A stretch of 64,000 bases of DNA from Picochlorum sp. SENEW3 (GCA_034226945.1 CP120458.1:310001-374000), one strand, 5' to 3'; counted from the first letter of the stretch, positions 48,010 to 61,802 are shown. Translations and numbers: made by a program. The notes: generated by a model from the sequence alone, not told the origin.

Positions 48010-50223
48010 TCATGAATATGTCGTGTTGTTTTCACAAGCCAGTGACCTGATGAGGGATTCTTCGACACTGTCATAAAAGTCTTCAGCTCCCTGTCCACCA
48101 TATGCTTTTGGGATCACAGATTCATCCATCACTTCTCTAAGAGCAGGTAAAATTTTGCCCTTCTTACTGATCACTTTGATTTTCTTCGCTGTATGAGGAT
48201 CCAAGAGTGGCTTTGCCATACTCCATAGAGCGCTAAAAAAACCTGGTACATTTATAATGAATGCCTTTGCCATCCTCTCTGGGTAGTGGTTTTCAAGCAC
48301 ATCCATCATTTGCTTTCCGAGGTGCACAGCCTCAGAATCAGCAACGTCAGAAAATCGTATACCTTTCATATCGTATATCCTAATGAATTGACCTTTTGGG
48401 AATTCTGTTGGGTCGAGCACCTTGGTTATCCATTCAAGGACAAATACGAACTGGTGAATGATTTCCTCTGATTTTCCTGGAACAATGCCTTTCCTTCTGA
48501 GTGCCACCATTGTTTCTCTGAACTTTCCCATACCTTCGACAACAACTGGCATACCGTCCTTCGATCGGCCAATCACTGCATGAACATAGTTCTGTTTCAG
48601 AAGATTGAAGTAAGGAATGGGTGCCTGAAGAATACTGTCAACATTGTGTTCAGCCCTCCATTCTGCAGTAGTTCTGAGTCTCTGCATGGCAAATTGCCGG
48701 TCTCCTTTGCAAGCAGCAATGTATCTCCTGAAAAGATCGACATCCACTGATTTACTGATCTGATTGAGTCGCTTTAATTGACTTGCTTCCTCTTCTGTCA
48801 CAGATATTGACGCCATTGCAATGGATTCATGCGCTAGCATCTCATACTGTTGCATTCCCAATCTGGATATTCTGACAGATCGCCGCACTGAAGTATCTGC
48901 TAAGTTATATATCCCTGTAGATTGCAAAGACATATTCTTAAATGCACGTGCTGTGCCTTTTTGTTCTGAAACCTCATCTTTTTGACTGCGTTCATTGCCT
49001 GATGTCACCCTCGCTTCTTCTACAATTGCTGACCCACAATACACTAGAGAAAAAGTAACCTCGGAGTCTCTCTGGTTCCTTGAGGAGAACAGAAGCAGGA
49101 GTATTGATACAATCACCACTACTGCAGCGAAAAATGCAGGTCCTTCAATTCTGAACTGATTCTGGATTGACACGCCAAGCAAGATTGCTAATGATGAAAA
49201 CACCAAACGCCGTGGTACAATCAATCTGCTCTGAGATTTAGATTCATCTGGTCCTCTTTCCATGGCCATCGAATACTCGATGCTTATGGAGTAATCAGGA
49301 AGAAACCTCTCAGTCTCTAGAATTGGCTGTGCTTTCACTCTGTCTTTCTGATAATCTTCATTTCTTCCAATATCGGCTACTCTTACTGAAGCTCGACATG
49401 GTCCAAAAGGACTCGATAAGGTGAACACCACCAAAGTTGTCTCAATTGTCCATTCTGAAACTGAGACAAGTATCCTTTGGCCTGTTTGGGGGAACTCGGA
49501 GAGCAAGACGTGCCTAGATGTTCCCTGCGCAGCCGTATCCAATTTTACCACTGTCAGCAGTGTGGGTTCCTTCACAAAAGGCAGTCCGTCATTCAGCCAG
49601 GAAATGGCGCTTTGTAGTCGTGATCTATGAAATTCCATTTTTTTCATCAAGTCTATAGCCTCCCGTTCACTCCGCATGATGAAACTAGCTGATACTGACC
49701 TCACATCAAATGATTCGTCAAAAACATTTGAAAGCGATCCAGATTTGTCTTGCATGCTCAGCCTCTCTGGAAGAAGCTTCTGTGCTGACAAGAAGCCGAA
49801 AACTGTCTTATTCCCGGCCTCCACTTTCGATTCCTCACCTTGCAAAATAGAGATGAAGTAGTGGATGACGAGCTTCCTGCCATCTGATTGAATTTCTTTG
49901 ATTTTTGAGAATGGAAGCGAGTACATCAATGTGTCAAATTCTCCAGCCTCTACAGACTCCTTATCCACATTCAATGCTTGGGGGTCCAACAAGGCCACAG
50001 AATCAGTTGCTAGCACCAGCAACTTGGCATCCTCTTCTTTCAGTAGTATCTCACACGAGCTTTCTGTGGCCAGGTGGTCTGTGGTATCTCTATGGAACAG
50101 ATTAGATAATTTGCTTTGAGCTATTTTCAACCCACTGCCTTGCTTTATTTGATTCAGCTTCTCGGTCCCATCTTCCGTCCAAACACTGCAAATAATTAGG
50201 GATCTGTGCGCTGATGTGTCCAT
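48010..50223 (-). CDS. Membrane-anchored CRAL-TRIO (Sec14) domain protein
   Basis: Two hydrophobic segments. C-terminal T.EWR, G.SKDG.PV, IYDMKG, ENHYPER..K..IINVP.FF..LW...KP.LD..T..KI. Confidence 0.85.
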   Translation of the reverse strand: MDTSAHRSLIICSVWTEDGTEKLNQIKQGSGLKIAQSKLSNLFHRDTTDHLATESSCEILLKEEDAKLLVLATDSVALLDPQALNVDKESVEAGEFDTLMYSLPFSKIKEIQSDGRKLVIHYFISILQGEESKVEAGNKTVFGFLSAQKLLPERLSMQDKSGSLSNVFDESFDVRSVSASFIMRSEREAIDLMKKMEFHRSRLQSAISWLNDGLPFVKEPTLLTVVKLDTAAQGTSRHVLLSEFPQTGQRILVSVSEWTIETTLVVFTLSSPFGPCRASVRVADIGRNEDYQKDRVKAQPILETERFLPDYSISIEYSMAMERGPDESKSQSRLIVPRRLVFSSLAILLGVSIQNQFRIEGPAFFAAVVVIVSILLLLFSSRNQRDSEVTFSLVYCGSAIVEEARVTSGNERSQKDEVSEQKGTARAFKNMSLQSTGIYNLADTSVRRSVRISRLGMQQYEMLAHESIAMASISVTEEEASQLKRLNQISKSVDVDLFRRYIAACKGDRQFAMQRLRTTAEWRAEHNVDSILQAPIPYFNLLKQNYVHAVIGRSKDGMPVVVEGMGKFRETMVALRRKGIVPGKSEEIIHQFVFVLEWITKVLDPTEFPKGQFIRIYDMKGIRFSDVADSEAVHLGKQMMDVLENHYPERMAKAFIINVPGFFSALWSMAKPLLDPHTAKKIKVISKKGKILPALREVMDESVIPKAYGGQGAEDFYDSVEESLIRSLACENNTTYS

Positions 50224-50523
50224 TTTTGCTTGTGCGAGATTGAACTCTTCGCCAACAGACCAAGTTTACAAATTAACGAGTCTCATAATACACGCGTGAA
50301 CGCAACGTTTAAGAACCCTTTAGAAGAATCAAACCTTTAAGAAATATGATTAAGTTCGACAAACCCAATGCTACAATGGTTCATAGCATTCATCATCCAG
50401 AAGAGCCGTACTGCCATGACCGCGGCGAGGGGGGCAGTCCTTAAATAAAAACGCAGGCTCCTGTCTTGAATTCTACGAGGCTGATGGCAGAATCATTTAA
50501 ATATGCGTATGTAGGTACTCATT

Positions 50524-51257
50524 ATGTCATGGGGTAGTGGTGTAGCAGTGTTGTTCTGTTCGATTTTCTTGCTGTTGGTATTCAAAAGGCTTTTGGTCAA
50601 ACTGAGGAACACAGGGTCGCAAGAGAACAGCAAACGATCATGTACAAATTTAATGGTTGTTCTGGGATCTGGTGGGTTTCATCGTGTACTATGTGGCTTT
50701 TATTCTGAATATTGTGGCAGAGTTTGTTGGGCATTTTCAACAAATTTTCGTGTTTTTCTTCAAGTGCAGGGGGGCACACGGCTGAGATGATACATCTCTT
50801 ACATTCTATGGATTTAAAGGACCGATTTACTCCCCGATGCTATGTTGTGGCTGAGACCGATCCGATGAGTGAGGAGAAGGCAAGGCTATTTGAAAAGGAC
50901 AGACAACAGGATTTTGTAATCGACCATGTTCCAAGAAGCAGAGAAGTTGGGCAGAAATATGCCACGTCGATATTAAGCACTCTATATGCTCTAGTATGCG
51001 CTGCCATCCTTGTCGTGCGCCACAGGCCTAGAGTGTTGCTGGTGAATGGACCAGGGACATGCCTCCCTATTGTTTTGTGTTGCAAGGTTCTCTGTAATTG
51101 TCGAGTTGTGTACATTGAGAGTATAGCGCGAGTAAATAAGTTATCTTTGACAGGGAGAATCCTATATATTACGAAATTGGCAGACATTTTTTATGTTCAG
51201 TGGGAAGAACTACAGCAGAGGTTTCCCAGGTCAAAATATGTTGGCAGGGTGTATTAG
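50524..51257 (+). CDS. ALG14: UDP-GlcNAc transferase subunit ALG14; exons 50524-50671 and 50770-51257
   Basis: N-terminal TM, VVLGS|GGHTAEM after splicing, PRSREVGQ, NGPGTC, YIESIARV, VQW. Confidence 0.95.
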
Positions 51258-51280
51258 ATCAGGTCAAACAACTCTCAATG

Positions 51281-53821
51281 TTACAGGGTCTTCATTTCAT
51301 TCTTCTGTAAGTAACATCCTGCACTCCAAGACTGCACACAGTTGATTTGGCTCAACCTCTCCAGCAGAATGGGAAGGAGATGTACTGGCCCTTCCAACTC
51401 ATAGTTCATTGAAAAAATATTTGTCGTTTTCTCCTTGGATCCGCTATAGGATAGAATATTATGATTATATCGTGAGATGACATTTGAAATATCTGCTAGC
51501 AAGCCGGACCTATCAACGCATTGGATGCTCAGCCAATACGACTGTGAATTCGTCAGATCTCCGAGATTGTTGCCATTGAGCAGACTATCAACTGTCACAT
51601 CATCTGATGGCCCCATCAAGCCGGAGTTGTCCTTCAAAAATTTTAAAATTTTATGCCGAGCGCTTTTTGTCTGTGCAGCATCCAACCACTGCCGATGCCT
51701 TCTCACGATATTTGCATTTGCTGGACCCTTATAAGTGATCACCTCCACAACTTCTGCATTGGCGAGCCTATGTTCTGCTGGTACAATTTTACCATTTACC
51801 CTTGCTGCGACCATTGTGTTTCCTATATCCGTGTGGATATGATATGCAAAGTCTACAACAGATGCTCCTTTGGGTAAGCGCATCACTTGACCTGATGGGG
51901 TGAATACAAATACACCCTGCCCAAGCAAATCATCAGTAACACAGGCCACAAATTCTTTTGCCGATAGAGTTCCCAGAAATTCTTCTTGCCATTGCCTGAT
52001 CGAGTTCAGCCAGTTAATCCTACGGGTCATTGAGTACGAGTCTAATTTTTGTGGAGACAATCTCAATCTTCCATTGAACACTATTTGATCCTCCTTTTCC
52101 CTGGTAAGCAATCTCCCCCCATTATTACTGGTACTAATTGCTTCAGAGTTGTTCAATTTTTCTTCGACGCTGTCATTTTTTGACCTGGAAATTTCATCTG
52201 CACACTGCCATGAATCGATCGCAATCCCAAATTGTGCTAATCTCTCCATCTCCCCAGTCTTTATCTGAATTTCGATTGGAAATAGAGCCTGTGAGTACTT
52301 TCCTTTTGTTGCCTTGCCGACATTTGAGCTATCATTTGGAATGACCAGTCCTGTTGGAATCACCGTAGTATGCAGCGATTGGTAATTGTTGGGCTTTGGG
52401 GTGGCTATGTAGTCCTTCATTGATCCCGGTATTGGCGCCCAAAACGAGTGGATAAGACCCATGGCATGGTAGCACAGTTGTCGCTCTGATGCAGCTGCAC
52501 CTGCAGCATCACAAGATGCCGATTTCATAGGATCCAAGATGACTCTGATCTGTGCAATTTCAGAGATCTCACGAATGGATCTCCCATTGTCATGAAGCTT
52601 TCTCCAGATACTGTAAAGAGACTTTCTTGATATTTCAATGTCCACTTTTCGAAGCAAATCTGTCAAGTATGGATCATCCTCTATCCTCTGCCGTAGGTCA
52701 TATGATGCAGCCTCTACTGCGATCCTTTGAGACTCCCATACCCGATCCACCGCACGTCTTGTTACTGCATACTGCTGTGGCATTGCATAATAAAAACTAA
52801 GCTCCTCTAGCTCTTCTTTGATCGTGTACAGTCCCAGAAGCCTTGCCAGTGGGGAGAAGACCTCTAAGGTTTCCTGAGCAATCCTTCGCTGCTTGCTCTG
52901 GGGCATTGATGCCATTGTTCTCATGTTATGCAAACGATCCGCCAGTTTAACTACTATAATACGCACCTCTTCTGTCATGGCGAGAAACAGGAACTGCAAA
53001 TCCTGTGCTTTGGTATCAGATTTTGTCAAACAGTTGGACTGCTCTCCTGCTACACCCTTGGATCTCTCAGGATGATGGGTGGGAAGCTTACTAAACTTTG
53101 TCTCTCCTTCCACAATCCTCTGTACCGATTGGCCAAAATAAAATCCGATTTCTTCAAGCCCAACCGTCTCACCACAGTCTTCAACAGTGTCATGAAGCAA
53201 TCCAGCAATAAGGGAATCTGAATCCATGCGAAGTTCCGCAAGAATTCGTGTCACCTCTACAGGATGTGTGATAAAAGGCTCACCACTCTTTCTTCGCTGG
53301 CCTTCATGCGCATCAAACGCAAGAGACAATGCCTCCCTCACCAAACCTCTCTCTTGAGGAGGTATGTACCCAAGCATGGGCATAAGCCTTGTATTCCATA
53401 GGTATTCCTCTGTTATATCATTGTATCTCATTCTTTGGTAAAATCCATAGTCTATCAACCCAACAGAAGGACAGTTGTGCGAGACGCATATCCTCTCTTG
53501 CCCTCGTTCTCCGTCAGAACACCGTTGGATCAAATAAAACCGTCTCTTGTTCCTTGTGTGCAAAATCAATGGTGTCTTCCTCCTCTCAACGCGCGCCAAT
53601 GGTGACAACCGAGTATTATATCCTGCGAAGAAGACTCGTAGTTCACAGACCCAACATCGATATTTGAGGTGGGAACAATAATAGCCGTGAGCAGGGACTG
53701 TGAGTGTCACAAATGACACAAATGAAATCATTATGAACATACCTGAAGTTGCTGATGGCGTATTCTGCCCCAACGGACCTCTCGCAGGCCCACCTCGGTT
53801 CATCTTCTCTGTCGAGGTCAC
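51281..53821 (-). CDS. RSH1: RelA/SpoT homologue, RSH1-like (HD + SYNTH + TGS + ACT); 5' exon structure uncertain
   Basis: AHEGQRRKSGEPFITHP, LLHDTVED, KLADRLHNMRT, YQSLHT, TGS (FTP.G..LP.GA..VDFAY.IH), ACT (CVDRSGLLADI). Confidence 0.92.
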   Translation of the reverse strand: MTSTEKMNRGGPARGPLGQNTPSATSGMFIMISFVSFVTLTVPAHGYYCSHLKYRCWVCELRVFFAGYNTRLSPLARVERRKTPLILHTRNKRRFYLIQRCSDGERGQERICVSHNCPSVGLIDYGFYQRMRYNDITEEYLWNTRLMPMLGYIPPQERGLVREALSLAFDAHEGQRRKSGEPFITHPVEVTRILAELRMDSDSLIAGLLHDTVEDCGETVGLEEIGFYFGQSVQRIVEGETKFSKLPTHHPERSKGVAGEQSNCLTKSDTKAQDLQFLFLAMTEEVRIIVVKLADRLHNMRTMASMPQSKQRRIAQETLEVFSPLARLLGLYTIKEELEELSFYYAMPQQYAVTRRAVDRVWESQRIAVEAASYDLRQRIEDDPYLTDLLRKVDIEISRKSLYSIWRKLHDNGRSIREISEIAQIRVILDPMKSASCDAAGAAASERQLCYHAMGLIHSFWAPIPGSMKDYIATPKPNNYQSLHTTVIPTGLVIPNDSSNVGKATKGKYSQALFPIEIQIKTGEMERLAQFGIAIDSWQCADEISRSKNDSVEEKLNNSEAISTSNNGGRLLTREKEDQIVFNGRLRLSPQKLDSYSMTRRINWLNSIRQWQEEFLGTLSAKEFVACVTDDLLGQGVFVFTPSGQVMRLPKGASVVDFAYHIHTDIGNTMVAARVNGKIVPAEHRLANAEVVEVITYKGPANANIVRRHRQWLDAAQTKSARHKILKFLKDNSGLMGPSDDVTVDSLLNGNNLGDLTNSQSYWLSIQCVDRSGLLADISNVISRYNHNILSYSGSKEKTTNIFSMNYELEGPVHLLPILLERLSQINCVQSWSAGCYLQKNEMKTL

Positions 53822-54180
53822 CTTTGCAACTGTTGGAGAACTAGAATCATTTTATCTCCATGACTACTCTGACAAAGTATTTAATACTTTTTATAATCAA
53901 CTGCTCACTACCTTGTCTATCCTGGCATTAGTCGGGGGTACGAAGTTCATTTTGGCATCAGCAACTACTACTGAGGACTACTCAGGGGAAAGGTCTGCCA
54001 GTAATTCGTCAATGTGGTGACCATACTTGTAGCCCGGAATCAACCATTCTATGGTTTTTCACGCTATGAACACCCTGATGTTGGTGTGAGCAGTTTCATC
54101 TGTTGCAGCACAATTACAGTTTGATTTGGTGATCCATGGACTACTAGCCACAAATCTTACAATAGATTGCATTCGTGAGA

Positions 54181-56748
54181 TCAAATGCTGACTGGATCAT
54201 TTGTAAGGACAACAAAATCACCATCTTTCAAAAGAGTATTCTTCGTGACCTGTTTATTGTTCACGTTGATGAAATCTTGATGTTCACCATCTGATGGCAC
54301 AGCTAGAATTGTATCCCATAACCCACCTGCTGTAGTTCCTTTCGGAACCCTGATGATGTTACTACTGGGCCAAAGCAACACCATGATGTCTCTTTTAAAG
54401 GTTGCATCAAGTTCCACCTCGTTCACATTCGGATTTCTTGTTACCTCATCCTCCACATCAATGCCCCATTCAATCATGGATCGAAGGAGTTTTATTCTAT
54501 TATTCATGTAAGCATTATCTTCGTCGCCTTTAGAAATATTTGGTGGGGGGACGGAGCGAGATTCTGGCGTGCTATGATTGTCTTTTTCTGGAAGTTGCAG
54601 CAGAACACAGGTTGTTGCAAATTTGTGTCCAAATCTGTCCATCTGGTGGTACTTTCCATCAGAACACAAGGTAAAAAGCTCTAGCGTGACATTCATATCC
54701 CCTTGCGAAGGTGAGAAGTATCCTTTCTCTGTGACATATGAGTACAGATGCTCATATAGCTCAGTATCTGCTGTAATAGGAGAACCATTGCCCACAGACT
54801 TGTCAGCATAGGATGATGCCACAAGCAATCTACTACCATTCGACTCAGTTTTGATAACTACTCCATCTCTGAGATTTCCACCCTCAGATATCCTGAGTAC
54901 AGGATGGCCTGGAACGAAAGATGAGAGGCCACCTGCACCCTCCTGCCTATTTTCAGACTTCTCTTTGTAAGCCCAGTGAGCTGCTTTGCCGTACTCTGCT
55001 TCTTCATGCATTGTGGATGTCCTTATCTGGACTTCCATAGGTATCCCTCCGGGGCCCAAGACTGCGGTGTGCAGAGACTGATACCCAGAAGGTTTGGGGA
55101 CAGCAATGTAGTCATCATCTTCACCTGGTACTTTCCTCCAAAGCCTATGAACTGCAGGAAGCACTTTATAACAAATTTCAATCGCTTCTTTTTCACATAA
55201 TCCACATTTATCATCGACGACCACCCGGAGAGCTCTCAGGTCATACACTTCAGTGAGTGGAACGCCTTTTCTGGCCATCTTCTTGAATGAAGAATACATG
55301 CTTTTTATCCTACCCTGCACACTGATTTCCAAATTCGTTGCAATACCCTCGATAACGAGTTCTTGTAGAAGAGCTTTGGCACATCTTTTCAGTACTTCTA
55401 AACCTCGCCTGGCACTGGGGGCAAGTCTAATTCGCTCCATATTGAATGTTGACACATCAAATGGCAAAACTGTGGCAATCAAATCCCTGACCTCTATTTG
55501 GTCATCTGTCAGAAACGATGCAGAATCGTTATATGTCAAAAGAAATGAAGCATCCCACTCTCCTTCATCTTGTAGGCTAGCAGTTGACCCCATCAGCTCT
55601 GGGATTCCATTGGTGCAGCTTTCAACGTTGCTGGATCTCTCACTGGCAAGGTCAATATTCATCATAGATATATCTGCGATTGTTTCTATTCCCCACAGCT
55701 GTTCTAAGTCTCCACGTAAAGCAACATAAGCTGATGGTTCCAGAACTGCAAAGCACAGATCTTCCAATTCACTCTTCAATGCAAACATCCCTAATCTCTC
55801 TGCGAGCGAGCACCAAATCTTCTGGGTTTCCTCTGCCACTGCCCTTTGTTTGTCTGGTTCCAAAGCATACACTGTTCTCATATTATGCAGTCTATCAGCT
55901 AACTTGATTACAATGACCAGAGGCTCGGACACCATTGTCACAATCATTGCTCTTAGCTTATCAATCTGTTTTGCAGTTTGCTTCTCCTGTTTCAATCTCA
56001 ACTTCCGCCTTACCAACTGGTTTGTTGCACTTAGCTGACTCACTTTGGTTACCATTGACATGACATGTTCCCCAAACACCTGTTTAATGTATTCAGGCTG
56101 AATTTCACCATCATCAATGACGTCATGGAGAATTGCCGTGATGACAGCTTCTTCTGCCCTAGCATCTTCTTCGTGTTGTGACAATAAAGCCTCAACAATC
56201 AAAGCCGTTTCGATGCAATGGGTGATGTAAGGCTGACCAGTTTTTCGAAACTGCCCTGCATGTGCCTTGGTAGCCGTGGCTACAGCCTTTTTGACCCTCT
56301 CTCGCCGAAAGAATTTTGACTGAGACACTTCGATTCCAAATATCTCATCCACATCAGTAGATCCAGCATCCTCCGATACATATCCGCTCTCCAAGGCTGT
56401 AGATAACATCAAGGGCTCCATTTGAGCCCAGAGGGAACGAGCACCAGCAATGAACACGCTCCCCATCGCCACCGAAACAACCAGAGCGCTTAGCAAAACA
56501 GTTGCTTCATCCGTACTTTGATTCGCAGTCCATGCGAGAAGAGCATCATGGAACCCGTGAAAAGAACCAGGGGACCCTCCCCGAATCTCCCCTGCACTTT
56601 TGAACCATCTTTGATACACATGTATTACCCCCCTCTGACTCTGAAGATATCTCGGAGATATTTGTCCGAAATACTTCCGTCGTGAGGGATGGTATTGTAT
56701 CCTGGTCCGGCACAGACTTGCCATCCAAACTCGAAGACCAAAAACCAT
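54181..56748 (-). CDS. Second RelA/SpoT homologue (HD + SYNTH + extra domain + TGS-like end)
   Basis: AHAGQFRKTGQPY, ILHDVIDD, KLADRLHNMRT, GRIKSMYS, YDLRALRV, YQSLHT, EVQIRT, C-terminal P.GTTA...VN....L.DGD. Confidence 0.92.
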   Translation of the reverse strand: MVFGLRVWMASLCRTRIQYHPSRRKYFGQISPRYLQSQRGVIHVYQRWFKSAGEIRGGSPGSFHGFHDALLAWTANQSTDEATVLLSALVVSVAMGSVFIAGARSLWAQMEPLMLSTALESGYVSEDAGSTDVDEIFGIEVSQSKFFRRERVKKAVATATKAHAGQFRKTGQPYITHCIETALIVEALLSQHEEDARAEEAVITAILHDVIDDGEIQPEYIKQVFGEHVMSMVTKVSQLSATNQLVRRKLRLKQEKQTAKQIDKLRAMIVTMVSEPLVIVIKLADRLHNMRTVYALEPDKQRAVAEETQKIWCSLAERLGMFALKSELEDLCFAVLEPSAYVALRGDLEQLWGIETIADISMMNIDLASERSSNVESCTNGIPELMGSTASLQDEGEWDASFLLTYNDSASFLTDDQIEVRDLIATVLPFDVSTFNMERIRLAPSARRGLEVLKRCAKALLQELVIEGIATNLEISVQGRIKSMYSSFKKMARKGVPLTEVYDLRALRVVVDDKCGLCEKEAIEICYKVLPAVHRLWRKVPGEDDDYIAVPKPSGYQSLHTAVLGPGGIPMEVQIRTSTMHEEAEYGKAAHWAYKEKSENRQEGAGGLSSFVPGHPVLRISEGGNLRDGVVIKTESNGSRLLVASSYADKSVGNGSPITADTELYEHLYSYVTEKGYFSPSQGDMNVTLELFTLCSDGKYHQMDRFGHKFATTCVLLQLPEKDNHSTPESRSVPPPNISKGDEDNAYMNNRIKLLRSMIEWGIDVEDEVTRNPNVNEVELDATFKRDIMVLLWPSSNIIRVPKGTTAGGLWDTILAVPSDGEHQDFINVNNKQVTKNTLLKDGDFVVLTNDPVSI

Positions 56749-57344
56749 CTCAGGGCAGCAAGCTGCGTATATTTACGTTGTATCATGCATTCGTAAAGGG
56801 TTACAAAACATGAAGAATTACAAAGCCTTGCAATCTGCCAAGTTTTGACTGGCACGAAAAGATAAGGGCGAAAGCGCCTCGTTTTGATTTCCGACTTGCC
56901 AAGTTGGACCTGCATTCTTCTTCCTTTTGCTACAGTCCAATGCCACTGCATACAATGGACTATCTGTCTGCCAGTCCTGGGCGCTTCTAGAATACACCTG
57001 GAATATGAGATCCCAGAGTATCATGATGGTTGCCGAACAATCATGATATGATGATCATACTGTGCCATAGTACACGGTGTAGTTGGTATTGACCATGATG
57101 GCCACCTGCAGAGTGCATGGCAAGTAATAAAAATGGCCTAGCCAGCATACTTCAGTCGTTAAATACGCCTTTAAAATGTCATTCATATCTCATGATTGGA
57201 TCCTGGTGCGTTATACGTGAGTACAGGAGGTGAAGTGTCATAGGTTTGTTGGGACTGTGTACGTTTGGTCGGATGAATCGTTCTGACTCTCGTAGCCCTC
57301 GGGGCAGCTCGGGTAGTGAGGAAATAACATCGACGTATAGAGCC

Positions 57345-58796
57345 ATGTATGGAGGCCCTAGTGGATCTTCTTTCAGCAGGTACGGATGACTACTGGCTAG
57401 TTACTCAACATTCCCACCGTCGCGGGTATTTAGACGTATCTTCCTTTGTTTCTGTAGTTGGAAATCATCCATGAGTCCTCAGCTGTCACCAAAGGCGGGG
57501 AGTGGGAATCTGAGTAAGGGGAGCGAAGCATTGGAACATGAAGTTGAAATGGAGCAGCCCAGTTTGGCTGGTCTAGTGGAAGACCTGCACATCTCACACG
57601 TAGTCGGGGAAGAAAAGGTCCAAGAAACAGGAGAGTCTTATGGTGGATTTTTGACCCCAATTAGAGATGGAGCTCGTAGCAGGGAAGGGGAGGATGATTT
57701 TGATATTCGAGACAGTGTGTCTGTAGCTGTGAGAGATATTTCTGTTCTGACAACCGGCAGTGCTTCAAGCCAGAAAGATGCTCTGCTTTCGCTCGTCACT
57801 ATTATTAATCAGAGTCATGTCGAAGCTCTCCAGGGGATCCACAGTGCGGGAGGGACACATATTCTTCACATGAACATTTCATCTTCAGATAAGCAAATGC
57901 GGCGATTGTGTACAGAGGGTCTTGTAGAAATGATGGAAGTACCAGGAGCTCTGGAAGAACTTTTATCATCGAGAGAAATTTTATCGAGGGTTTTTGGTGC
58001 TGCACTTCGTGATTTGCTCTTGTCAGGTGATGCCATCAGTCAAAGATTACTGACAAAAATAGTGTCTTCCGGAGAAGGACGAGTAGAGGCCTGTTGTGCC
58101 GAGCACAAAATCATGAACAAATTATTGAAAAAAGTAGAGAAAGACTTTGAAGCGCATCCAGATGCGGAAAGCGGCGCTTTGGAGTTGTTGCAATCAATGG
58201 TACTATCTGGACGAGAGTATTTTCTCAACTCTGCTGTCTGGAATGGGGCATTAAACACATTAATACCGTTACTATGCTCAGAGAGAATCAGGAGAAAGGA
58301 TCATATATTGAAAACTATCTGGACTCTTTGTGCAGGCCAAAGAGATGTGGCTAGGATGTTATGTACACCCAATACAATCAAGGGCCTTTCATCCATATTG
58401 GCTGATCCATCATATTCAATGAACACTCAACTGGAGGTTTGCCGTGTACTTTTCAAAATTTGCGCGATATCGAGAAAGGGGAAGGATGTCAAAATTGCTC
58501 TGCAAGACTATTGCTTGCCAAGAGTGAGTGAATTGATCCATCAATCAAAATCTGAGCATCAGAAACAAGCAACGTCACCCCAACAGCAGCCATGTGTCAT
58601 ATCAATTGAACAAAATGTGTGGGCCACATGTGCAGCCATAATATCATTATTAGCTCGAGATTCTACACTGTGCTGTCATATTATATTTCAGGCAGGTGTG
58701 CTGCTGCACTGTGTCCGGCTACTCACGGAATCTTGCGAATATAGATTATGCAAAGAGCTTCTGGATGCTACTGCATCTTATGCAAGCTGCTCCTGA
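57345..58796 (+). CDS. ARM/HEAT-like helical-repeat protein; exon 1 57345-57379; 3' end uncertain (may extend to about 59051)
   Basis: In-frame spliced start MYGGPSGSSFSSWKSSM. Repeated amphipathic helices with G.L..L..LL motifs. Confidence 0.55.
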
Positions 58797-59126
58797 GTGA
58801 CAAAGTGTAAACAATCTTTAGTTCAATGATCTACTACAACACAATGCTTTGCAGAATTGTTTGGCTAGTTGCAGGCGCCGTTCTCTGATTTGCAACTGCA
58901 TTTGTTCCGGAATATTCTCTCACCAGATTCCCTTGGTGCTGCTGCCGTGACCATCGCGGAAACTTTCCCCATCACAGGAACGCTGGATGGGCCGAACACA
59001 CAAGAAAAAGATTCGTTTTCAGGCCCTGGAATCCACGTCGTTCCTGGGTGAAGATGACACTCACGCATATCAAAATCGACCAGAACTCTAATTATACTAA
59101 ATAATTCGGTTTAATTCGGATCCATC

Positions 59127-60888
<1,762 letters not shown>

Positions 60889-60999
60889 TTTGAAAGTTCT
60901 CCGTAAATTCTCATTAGAGAAGTACTATCCGGAATAAAGATGTAAACTAATTTTTCAAAGTAGGAAGAAAACTGTGGAATGAATTTTCAATTGCAGTTG

Positions 61000-61802
61000 C
61001 TATCCAAAACTCCCAAAGCCCATTATTCGGGCAACGTCGCCGTCTTCATCCTCCTTGCCAGTTGGAGGCGATTGTGAGGACTCGGGCTCGTTTAACTCTG
61101 CCGATTCTTCCGGGGATTTCCGACGTGCCTCTAACAATTTTGGCTGTTCGTCTTTGCCCATGTGCTGTCCAAGCTTCTTGCATTTTGCATTTTCAAGGCG
61201 CTTTCTGACTTCATCCGCCGTGGACCTTTTTACTTCCATGCTCATGCCAAGTGCTCTATTATGATATTTTCCATTCAGATGGTCCAAATATGCCAAACTG
61301 TCTTGAAATGTACAATCACAGGTGTCACAATGATAACCTCCTTGCTGAGTGGAAGGTGAAGTCAACGACTGAACATGTGAGCGATTCAACCTTGATGTGA
61401 GGTCAACTTCGCGTTCTCGAGGCTTGAGCTTTCCTCTCTCTACGATGAGACCGAGGTGCAAAGGGTCCCTTTCTACAAACAGTGGAGCTATTGCGTGAGT
61501 TGACATCAACTTGAGAAGCATGCTAGAGGGCAGGTGACGTACCTAGTCTTTTGCGCTTTCTTGCATCTAATTGGGTTTCTTCGAGTTCTTTATCCTGCAG
61601 AAGGTAACGCACATCACGTAATTGCCTTTTGAACAGTCAAACATTGAGACTGAGATCAACACAACAGTTCTTTCATATCCAAGGTCTATTGAGTTCCACT
61701 CACCCGAATTGCCCTGTCCTTGGCTTTCTGATGAAAATCAGCTCTATCCCACGTCTTTCTATGAGTATTATCAACCCCTGAAGCACCTTTTTTGTCGGGC
61801 AT
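61000..61802 (-). CDS. ZMAT2: U4/U6.U5 tri-snRNP zinc-finger matrin protein (ZMAT2/Snu23), 3 exons
   Basis: GVDNT.RKTWD, C..CDC...DS..YLDHLNG..H.R.LGMSM, C-terminal MGFGSFG. Confidence 0.92.
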
